Below, piece by piece: positions 1-61,229 of a stretch of DNA of 64,000 nt. The stretch spans positions 42,472,001 through 42,536,000 of the forward strand of contig NC_087447.1 of the NCBI RefSeq assembly GCF_036321535.1, given 5' to 3'. The translations under genes and the position numbers were made by a program. Every line of letters begins with the position of its first letter. The first letter of the stretch is position 1. This DNA is from Camelus dromedarius (lineage: Eukaryota). Below the pieces are notes generated by a model. That model had not been told where the DNA came from and made no database searches. It saw only the letters and a program-made list of their open reading frames with translations.

Positions 1-154
1 TGCCTGGAAAATGTCAAGGAGACAAAGCATCGGTAAAAGTAATGGCCGTATACACAAATCTAAAGTTATCTGACGAAGAAAATATGTTGAGAAAGAAAGT
101 GAACAAATCTGCCTCAAGGGGAACACACAGAGGGAACAGATGGTTTCTATTGCT

Positions 155-623
<469 letters not shown>

Positions 624-1704
624 TCTATTGCTTTTTCATTGGAAAGCCTGGTGAGCAGCTTTCCTAGGTACATAGAGCCTTCTAAAAGGCCTTGTAGCTT
701 GTCCAAGGTGGGGAGCAGCTCACTATCTACAGTCTGGATATTTGTTTGTGAATGTCTGACTCCTGAGCACCACAGTCAGCTGGTGGTGTGGTCCAAGGTA
801 TAGGCTGTCTCTTCAAGGAGCAGTTACCTTCTTCACTTTATGCTGCAGGAGCTGTAAATTTACCTCCATTTTATTTGTACAAGGGATGAGGGAGAGAGTG
901 ACGAGTGCAGTGTAAGATGGTTTTCTTTAGCTACCAAAACTCTGCTTACTAGTCTTACTGTTTTTTTAAGCTGTCTCTATTTAAAAAGTGCTGATAGTAA
1001 TGAAGTAGTCGTCTAAAAGTAAGGACAAGGTTAATTCTCGTTTAGTTAGACATTTGCATTCCCTTCTCACTACATTGTGCCCCATTAATCAAAGATGACA
1101 GAAGATGATCTCTGATTTGCACAGGGTTCAGAAAATTACCTGGAAGATAAGGAGAATTGAATGCTGGGGCAGTGAGTGAGTTAAAGATAAAATACAAGCT
1201 GGTTTTTTCAACATGCACCAAAAACAGAAGTGAGTTGGTGTAATACTATTCTGATGGGCAGTCTGTTTCAGAAATGTTTGTAATAGGGAAGTTACAGTAG
1301 CATCTTTTAATGCAGGAAGTAAACTGATTATAGCATGAGTGGCACTAAATTGGTGACCAATGTCACCAGTCAATTCTGGGACAACTCTAGGATATCCCAG
1401 AATACCAATATGCAAAGGTTGGTATAATAACCTGGTTGTATCCATTCTCAGAGGAAAAAATTCTGTCACTCTTGCTGTAGATAATGTGAACCAGACCTTT
1501 TAGGATTGGTATTGATGTGGTGAGGTGAGGCAATCCATATGACGTTTTGTTCTGGGCCTAGAGAGGGGAATAGCTCAGCTGCCTTCAGAGAGTTCTGTCC
1601 CAGGTGTAGCTTTAAATGCTTGAATTGTGTTGCCTGCAGCCTCTGCTTTAAAACCTTGACAGGTTGTTAAAAAAACATAATTTTTTTAACTTAAAAACTC
1701 TACT

Positions 1705-2470
1705 TTTTTAAACATTGAACTTTTTATTTGAGATAATTGTAGATTCATATGCTGTTGGAAGAAATAATACAGAGAAATTACCTTGTACCCTTTACCCAAA
1801 GGTAACATCTTGCAAAACTATAGTATACTGTCACAACCAGAATGTTGTCATTGATACAATCAAGATACCGAATAGTTCCATCACCACAAGAATTCTTGGG
1901 ATTGGTCTTTTATAGCCACCCTCTCCCCATCCCTGACCTCTAGGAACCACTAATCTGTTTAATTTCTATAATTTTGCCATTTCAAGAATGTTATACACCT
2001 GGAATCATACAGTATGCAACCTATTGGGATGGGCTTTTCTCACTCTTGTAGTGCAGGTCTGCAGCAGTGAAATATCTTAGTTTTGTTTTACTTGAAAATG
2101 TTTTACTTTGCCTTTATTTTTGAAGGATTTTTTCTGTTCATAAAATTCTGGGTTGACAAGGCTTTTTTTTTTTTTCTTTTCTTAGTACTTGAAAGGTCTT
2201 CTAATCGCCGTTGTTTCTGATAAAGAGGCAATGGTAATTTCAATAATTATTTTCTCCTTAATGTATTCTTTTTCTCTGGTTCTGTACAAGATTTTCTCTT
2301 TAAATTTTTTCTCTTTCTCTCTCTCTCTTTTTTTTTCCTCCGGAATTTTGACTGTGTGTGATTTACTTAGTATTTATCCTGTTTGGGATCCACAGAGCTT
2401 CTTCACTCTATAAGTTTATATCTTTTACCAAACTTGGGAAGTTTTTGATTATTATTTCTTCAAATATTCC
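1705..2470 (-). mobile_element. Old L1 (L1M-type) fragments
   Basis: Typical L1M 3'-region motifs (ttttatttgagataattgtagattca; ggaatcatacagtatg); boundaries approximate. Confidence 0.6.
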
Positions 2471-2556
2471 TTTTTTTTTTAATGGATGTACTAGGGATTG
2501 ACCAAGGACCTCTTGCATATTGAGCATGCACTCTACCACTGAGCTGTACCCTCCCC
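2471..2556 (-). mobile_element. tRNA-Ala-derived SINE (Vic-1-like), short form
   Basis: Reverse complement reads ggggagggtacagctcagtggtagagtgcatgctca... plus a poly(A) tail. Confidence 0.85.
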
Positions 2557-2667
2557 TTGAGTAAAATAAAGTATTTTATTTCAGACTGTATGAAAAACTG
2601 CATGTTTAGATTAACCTTTAAATGATGAAAATACTTCTTGCCCAAATTAGGAGAAACATTTGGAGTT

Positions 2668-2810
2668 GTGGTTTCTAACTTTTTTGGGTCATGAGATCCT
2701 TTGAGAATCTAATGGATATTGTGTTCTCTCCCCAGAAAGATGCAAATATTTTCAGACAAAATTTCATAAGTCATTTTAGAGAGTTTAGGGGTTTGAAGCT
2801 TCTCAGCATA
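2668..2810. mobile_element. hAT-Charlie-type MITE fragment
   Basis: gggtcatgagatcctttgagaatctaatg...ctctccccagaaagatgca resembles Charlie-family MERs (from memory). Confidence 0.4.
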
Positions 2811-5294
2811 AGCATCCCTCATTTACGGTTATTCAAATCAAGCTAGTACCAGCAGGCTAATAGCAATACAATTGTCAGTTTGTTTCTGGCTGGGTCAAAG
2901 CAGAACAAATAAACAAAGAACCTATTAAATGTCCTTGTAAGGCATGCATGCTTAAAAAAAAAAATCCGTTATGATTGTATCTGAACTGTACTTTCCAGGG
3001 CAGATTCACAAAGATAGGCTGATACCTAGTTGACTAATTTTTAAGTTGCTGTTAGAAATGGGCCTTAGTTCTGATATCCATACCTGCTGACATTTGTGTA
3101 CTCTGTTATATGTTAGGCAAATAATTAGTTGTTGTTTCTAGGACAGTAGGACAGTTGTGGTTGTGATGTCATATTCCTGATATTGTTTGAATTTCTGAAG
3201 GTCTGAATAATTGCGGGTTTAAGGGACCTGTGACATATATGTAGGTTTCAGGAGGTGGGGCTGTGTAGATGTTCTCAGGCATTAAGTCTCTGTTGCTTAT
3301 CCTCAAAAAACTCAGACGTTAGTAAATGATGAGAGATTGAATTGTTTTAATAAAAAGATCTTAGGTTTGTGATCCCCTTCCTCTGTTACTTTTCTGACAC
3401 TCTTCATAGGGTGGCTATAACGAACATGATTTGTTCTTAGGGCCCTCATAGTTGTTCTTTTACGCCTACTTTCCCCTTGCAATGAAAATAATTTTGCTCC
3501 TGCTGCTGGTCTGGTTCAATACACAGGAGTTTTGTCTAAGATTGGCACTCTCTGTGTTGCCTTTACTCAGAACCTGACTCTTTAACAAGACTTCTTTACT
3601 CAGTTTAAAGAAGGAGCAGGAGGGTGGAGAGAATCTGAAGATCACTTCTCCCTGTGATTCATAGCTTCTCCCTCCTCTTTGTCTACACTGCAGGTCAGCT
3701 CAGCATATTCATCTCTGTCTCCATTCTTCATCCCACTGGTTGTTTAAAATTCTCCTTTTAAATAGTCCCCTGTCCCATCTTTTGAATGCTCATGATGTCT
3801 TAAGGGGCACCTCATAGCCATCTTAGGAAAACATCTTTCTCTAAAGGCTTTCATATAGGACATTGGTAACTGCTCTGATTCCTGTATATGTTCAGATATT
3901 TTGTGGTTTTTTTTTTTTTTTTTTTTTTTTTTCACTGAGGGGATTTTCTAGCCTAGTAAGGAAGAAATGAGCAAACTGACAACTAAAAGTGAAGAAGCTT
4001 AGGAGGAAGAAATAGTTATCTTCTCTCAGAACTGAATTCAGTTTAAAAATACATTCTGAGAATGTCAGACTGTAGACAAGATCTTACGTCAGCTGCTTGC
4101 TGTTTAATTGCTTTGTACAGTAAGTGCAGGCTTGCCACGGCTGGGCTCTTTGCAGGTGTTAGTGAAAGCTCTGAGACTAGCTCTACATAGCGGTAGGGCT
4201 TTGTAGCTGCTGCTATTACCAGCTGCCTGCTGATTTTGCCAGTCTTCTTTAGTGAAGATTACCAAATGTATTTTGAGAGATGAAATTTGCTGGAAAAAAA
4301 ATTCAGAAAAATCAGTTTGGAAGAAGGGATCAGAAATGAGAGAAATTGAAATTATGGAACTTGCTTTACTAACAGAAAGAAGGTTGGGTCTTGACAGAAG
4401 TTGAAAATGACGAATAAGTAGGCCTTTGATGATGATGATGAGCGAAACCTGAGTGAAAATGTGAACAAAGGTTTTAATTATAAAAGTGATAACTTTCTTT
4501 CTAAAATAATCAACATCTTGATTTAATCAATATTTAGAAAATTATGTATGCTCCAAAACAATATACCTTCTTTTTTAGTGTGCCTAAAATATTTATAATC
4601 ATTTAATATTTTGCCAGAAGAAAAGCAGTAACTTTGTGACTGGAATCATTATTAGTTTCTGCAACAGTTGCCTTAGAATTAATATGAACTTTTTTAGAAA
4701 CCTTGGAGATGCCTCTGGGATGATTTTGAGTGAAGGACTATCTGACTTTAGGTTCATCCCAGTGCTGTGTTGGTGAGGAGTACCTCATCCTTAATAATCA
4801 CCAGCCAACTTAGAGAAGCTTTAGTTGGAGCAGAATTTATTCTAAGAGCTAAAGCATGTGAATAGGATCCTGTGCAAGGGTGCTCTGAGTGGTTAGACCA
4901 CATAAGCTGAAGATCTGGAGTGTTCCAGATAGTAACCTCCCTGCAAAGTGGTTATTTGTGTGTGGTCAGTTTTCCTGTACATTTGACAGTAAGGTCCTTG
5001 AGGGTAAGTGCTTCATCTGGTTCACCTCTATCCCCTACGGTACCTAAGGCCCTTGTATAACATGATTATTCAGTAAATAGGTATAGAATTCAATTGAATT
5101 GGCCTTGATCATGTTTCCCATCTACTTTTCCATGACTCCTACTCAATCTATTTGTTTGAACTATTTAGGTGCATTTAATTTGTCCCTATCTCCCTATCCC
5201 CTTTGGAAAAGCAATATTTGGGGCAGTATACTTTTAGATAAAGCTTTATAGTAATTTAATATTTGTTGAACTCTTCATCCCATTATACTGTATT

Positions 5295-5678
5295 GTAATG
5301 TTTCTCACACTGTAAATTGTGACCTTTAGTAGGTCTGCAATTAGCATTTTTGGTTTTGGTAATATAGAGTAAATACCATGAGAAGACATCACATATAGTA
5401 AGGGTAAGTATTGTTTTGTGAAGTTTTTGTCTTAGGTAAATTTATTTATTTATTTATTGTTTGATTTGGGGTGGGTAATTAGATTTGTTTGTTTGTTTGA
5501 TAGAGGTACTGGGGAATGAACCCAGGACCTCATGCATGCTAAGCATGCACTCTACCACTGAGCTATAACCTTCCCCCAGGTAAATTTGTATATACTGTAT
5601 CACGTGTGTGTTTGTTGCTTCATGATGTAAAATTTATTTCATACTGGAGTCATGGTCAAAAAAGTTTGAATAACACTG
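5295..5678. mobile_element. hAT-Charlie-type MITE interrupted by a SINE
   Basis: Ends resemble Charlie TIRs (tgtttctcacactg ... aaagtttgaataacactg). Confidence 0.4.
5444..5577 (-). mobile_element. tRNA-Ala-derived SINE (Vic-1-like), long form
   Basis: A/B-box tRNA-like head; perfect 10-bp TSD aggtaaattt at 5434-5443 and 5578-5587. Confidence 0.9.
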
Positions 5679-5716
5679 CTTTATTGTAATACTATGTTAT
5701 TTCATTTATCATATAG

Positions 5717-56364
<50,648 letters not shown>

Positions 56365-56503
56365 CCTCCCAGCACCAGCTAGCAGCAGGACCCAGAAACT
56401 CGCCCTGCAGCTCTGACCCTTCTTCCCAAAGGGACTCAAGCGAGTTGTGCAGGAGATGGAGAGATGTACACTCACTGTAAAAAGAAAAGTAGAGGATTTT
56501 TGG

Positions 56504-56509
56504 AATAAA
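56504..56509 (+). terminator. Proximal polyadenylation signal AATAAA
   Basis: AATAAA with two upstream TGTA motifs (56465, 56476) and U-rich downstream sequence. Confidence 0.55.
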
Positions 56510-57209
56510 TAATCTATTTTAGAGTTTATTTGCCGATTTGCTTTTTACACACTTTCATGTGAAAGAGTGATAGGGAGAGGGAGACGAGGTTGGTGCCGCT
56601 TATTTTGAAGCTGGTGCCCTCCCTCGCCGTGGCCGTGGCCACGCGCTGCAGCCTGCGGCCTCCCTGGACTGAGCCTGCGGAGTACGGGGCAGTTCTGCTT
56701 CCTCGCTCCGCAGCGTTAATGAGGCCATTCCACATTGTTTTTAAACTAATGTTTTCTATATTAACATTATTATGGATATTTGGCTTTCACGGGCCACACA
56801 CAGGTGTGCTGAGCAGGAAGCCCCAGGCTCCAATCAAAGGGATTTTTAGTAGTGCCTCTACAAGCACTGATGAGTCAGCCCCACGTCTTTTCTTTTTTTG
56901 TCAGTATTATTTGGGAAGGAGACATGCTGGGATGTTTCATCGTGCAGAAAATCATGTTTCCTCTTGGCACGCAGTTGCACAGAAGTAAACATAAGCATGT
57001 TTTAACAGGTTTTCCTTTTCTTTCTTTTTTTTTTTTTTTTAGTATTATTTATTTAATCCTCCATTGTGTGTTTTAAGTCTGTCTTTTTCTTTTTTCTTTC
57101 TTTTTTTTTTTAAGGAGAGAAAAAGCTTGTCACAGTCTAACTGGCTATGTTATTATTGTTAAATTTATGTTGTTTTGCACTTAGAAACCAGCTGCAGTAT
57201 GGCCCATTT

Positions 57210-57215
57210 AATAAA
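57210..57215 (+). terminator. Distal polyadenylation signal AATAAA
   Basis: AATAAA followed ~15-35 nt later by tgtgtgggtccttgactttt (GU/U-rich downstream element). Confidence 0.7.
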
Positions 57216-58092
57216 CACCTAAAACAAAACTGTGTGGGTCCTTGACTTTTATGGGGATTTGTGAGCAGTGGGCGGTAGAGGGTGCAGTTTGGTCCGTCTC
57301 AGAGGACCAGGCTGTAGTGTCATGTCCCCCTACAGGACTGCCCAGAGGGGCTCACGTCACCTGGGTCCTACCCACTGCAGTGCCAGGAGCTTTCATGGCT
57401 GTTCAAGAGGGATGCAGACAAGGTTTAATTTCCCACTACACGGAGGAGGAGGCCAAGGTACAGTGGAGAAAAGAGCTGGCCAAGGTTACAAAGGTCGTCA
57501 CTTGACCGAGACAGGATGGGCCATTTCTTCAAGGGTAAGAAAGACTAGTTGTGGGAACACAGGGCACGTGAAGCCCTGTGTGCCCTCAGGAAATAAAGCT
57601 TTTTCTTGAGAAAAGATTTGCTTTTTCCAAGGATGGCAGGTGATCTAGCTTTATGAGGGCCCTGGGAATCACTTTCCTTTGGTTTTGTTCTTGAACCAAG
57701 CTGCTTTGGCAAGAAGCTCAGGAAATGTGACAGATCAAGTGCAGCACCTCAAGCCAATGTCCTCTTTTATGCTTCCCTGATTTTGTATGTTCTGTTCCCT
57801 CTGCCTGGAATGCCTCCCTCATGTCCACTTCTGTTCATTGTTCAGGGCTTACTTTAGGAGTTAACCTACTAACTCCCCTTGGGTACGGTTAATTGTCCCC
57901 TCATTGTGCTCCTGTAGTTTCTCAGATGCTAGGACTTCCTCTCTGGGGAGTCATTGCCTCCTTTCACGTTGGGCCCACTCCCGAGACTTAGCACCTAGAG
58001 AGTGAGAGGGCCTCCTGTTCATATCCCTCCCTGGTGACTGGCAGTGCTCAGGGAAGGCTTTTTGAAGAGGTGAGGAAAGGGACTGGGACAGC

Positions 58093-58125
58093 TGCAGTGC
58101 AATATCCTGCCGGCAGGGGGTGTGC
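58093..58125 (+). promoter_or_regulatory. Candidate CTCF site (core plus upstream module)
   Basis: TGCAGTGC at 58093 and core CCGGCAGGGGGTG at 58110, at the expected spacing. Confidence 0.5.
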
Positions 58126-58683
58126 GCGGGCCACGGGAGCCTCCTGGGTTCTTTGGAAGTTGCGGAGGCAAGCAGGGCCTCTGGAGCATATGTATATTGT
58201 AGGCCTAGGACAGAGATGACCTCAAGCCAGATGTTTTACACACATACCTCTCCCTTTTCCTCACAGGTCTTCAGGGGAAGTTTAGATTATCCCCGGTTTA
58301 TAGGTGAGGAAATTGAAGCTCAGAGAAGTTTTGTCACACTTGCCCATGGCTACATAACAGCATATAAGTAGTTTGCAGTTACCAGAACTATCTAACTCCA
58401 AGCCTTTCTATTGACAACTACTCCTTTATTTGATTCAGGTGTCTCTGTTCAGATGTCCTCAGACCTATCCTGACCACTCTAAAGTATCAAATCACTTTTT
58501 AGCCTCTATTCTGCTTTATTTTTCTTCCCAACATCTACAATCATTATATGAATTATTTGCTAGTTCTAAATGTAAGTTTTATGAGGGAGGAACCCAGTCC
58601 ACTTTGTTCACAAAGTAGTAACTGATACATGGGGTGTATCTAGTAGGTATCTGTGGAACACATGAATTCATTTGAATTCATTG

Positions 58684-58925
58684 GCAGTGGTTAACATTAC
58701 AGACTGTGGAGCTAGAGTTTTTTTTTTTTTTTCTTGGTTGAATCCTTGCTTTGCTACAGGGACCCAGAGCAAGCTATGTAACTTTGCTGAACCTCAGTTT
58801 ACTCACCATCGATGAAATGGGAATGATAATAATAGTGGCTGCCTCATAGTCTTGTAAGGACTAAGTGACTCTCATATATGCCTGGAACAGGGTCAAGTGT
58901 GTATAAATGTTGGTTGTTGTTATTA
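58684..58925 (+). mobile_element. MIR SINE
   Basis: aacctcagtttactcacc...aaatgggaatgataataatag. Confidence 0.65.
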
Positions 58926-60199
58926 CCCTATTGTATCAAGCCCTGTCCTGGTTCTTGATTGAGACCTAGATCCATCCTCGAGGGGCTCAGAGGCAAGTGC
59001 TACGGTGGAGTATGACACCAGGGAAGATACTGACCACGATGAGTTGTGCTTAGGGTGGAGAATTGTCGGAAGAGTGGACATTGCATGCTGAGCGAACAGC
59101 ATGGGCAAAGGCATGGAGACGGGAGGGTGCCTGCCAGATCGTGAAGCTTGGGGAAGTCTAGTGCTAGCGTCCAGTCTGAGACTGGGCGGAGAGCAGATTT
59201 GTGGGCCCCACATCTACAGGGTGGGTGACAAGGAAAAGGCTGACAGGTATCCCAAGGCCTTGAACATTGCTGGTTCCCAGTAGATGTGGACTGAGTGAAT
59301 GGACGAACACATGCTACAGGCACAAAACCCAGAGCCACGGCTCCTGTGTGTGGCATTCCTTGTGCACATTAACACCTGGGAAAAATGCTACTGCTGCCCT
59401 GGGCCCTCTTTATCTGACTTGAGATGCAGGAACCTGTGGTCAGAACACAACTGCTGGGCTGAGACATGACACCTCCATGTCCCCAGTGCAGCACGTGGCC
59501 TGAACAAGTTACTGGCGACACATGCTCTTAACCAAAGTGTATGGTCTACAGCACAGCAGATTCACCCATGAGAGGGCCACGTACATCATAGGAGCAAGAA
59601 GAGGAGTGTCATTTGGGTAACCTGGGAGTACTCTATCTTCTGCTTTTAGGTGCTGATTACCTGAGCCAGTTAGAATTAAATTTACTTCCTGGATGTGGTG
59701 ATGGGTCTAACTTACACAACCATCCGGCGGGTTCCGGCTCTGTGTGGTGGGTGTACAGCACCCAGCATCTGGTTATTTGCCCCAGTGGAGGGTGCTAGGC
59801 GGCCTCGGTCAGCCAAAAGCAGTGGAGAAGCAACACGCTTTCCAGCAGACGCTTCTGAGAAGGTAAGTGTGAATCATGTTTTATAAATCAGGGCTCTCCT
59901 GGAACCATCTATCTGTCAACTTCCAACAGCTGATTGTACTCTAAATGTCTCACTTCCCACTGTGTTTTGTTTTAAAATCTGCCGCAAATCCTTTTTAGAA
60001 TGACATGATGTAAGAGAACAAACATGTGCAGTATAACTCAGTGTTTCAAGGACCCTTGAGTTGTCTGCCTCTCCAGCAGCTCTGGGTAGATCAAGTGCAT
60101 TCAGTTTGCTCAGCAAGCAGCCCTTTCTGCCTCAGCTTCTGCACCTGCTCTAACTCAGTGCTTCTCAGATGCTGAGATTTTAGAGACCAGTCAGTAAAC

Positions 60200-61220
60200 A
60201 AGCAAGCAAATGAACTCAGTGAATGGTTGTGTAGCAAGCACCCTTCTAACCACTACCCAGGTCAGGAATAGAGCTTTACCAGCCTCCCCGATTCCCCAAC
60301 CCAGGCCCAGCTTCCTCCCTCCTTCCAACTTCTTGACCTTTACAGTAACCACTTCTTGAGTTTCTTTATCACCCAAGTGTTTGTCCCTACACACTATAGG
60401 TTAGTCTTACTGCCTTTTTAAAATAACTTGATACATCTCAATCTAAAGGATTAATCTTTAATCTAAATCTCTACCCCTTTCTTTTCCTTACAGTTTCTCT
60501 GTTGAGGATCCTGGGCCATTTGATCTGTAGTTTTCCACAGCCTGGATTTTGCTAGTTTCACACCTGCGGGTGCAGTTCATTATGCTCCTTTATTCTCTGC
60601 CCTTCCTGCAAATCAGCAGCTAGAGCCAGAGACCTGGTTCATCTCAGGTTAGATCCCTCTGATGAGACGCTGGGTGATGGGTTCTCACTTTCCAGGAGGC
60701 ACATTGTGTCTGGTGTACACTTTTGTTGGTGTTAGCAGCACTGATGCTCAACACCTACATCTGGTATGTAATTCTCTGGGGGTTACAACAGGGGGGTATT
60801 TTATCTTTTTGTTTTCATTTATTAGATGGAATAATTTTATAAGGAGGTACTGTCCCTTGTCTGTATGATTTCTCAGCAGAGTTTATGTAGGAAAGGCAGG
60901 GTAAGTGCTTAATTCTTTCCTTTTATTTATTCAACTTTTAAGATAATGAACTGGACTAGTTCCCTGCTATCCTCAGAAGGTGGCTATTTTTAAAAAATAT
61001 TATGAACTCATGAATTTAAACACCTGATGGGTTTTATTTCATTGTAATTTTTATTTTTATTGTCCTGTCTTGGCTGTTGGACGCCTCTTCAAGCTGGCTC
61101 CTGAGTTGTTTGCCGTGATCCTGGTGTTGCTTTCTGGGATTTCAAGATATCCCAAGCTCCTCTTGTACATTCGGTGTCCTAAACTTGGAATCAGCTATTT
61201 CTCTGAGAAGCCCTCGGTTT
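60200..61220 (-). mobile_element. Old L1 fragments
   Basis: L1M-type motifs (aaccactacccaggtcaggaatagagc; ttggaatcagctatttctctgagaagccct); boundaries approximate. Confidence 0.5.
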
Positions 61221-61229
61221 CACATATGT

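Larger units (their letters stand above)
56365..57235 (+). other. DENND5A: DENND5A 3' UTR (end approximate)
   Basis: Follows the stop codon; no recognisable TE; U-rich tracts; ends near the AATAAA at 57210, which is followed by GU-rich sequence. Confidence 0.75.

Noticed and set aside
56590..56988. 132-aa ORF in the 3' UTR
   Set aside because: Non-ATG start and no recognisable homology; GC-rich sequence lowers stop frequency
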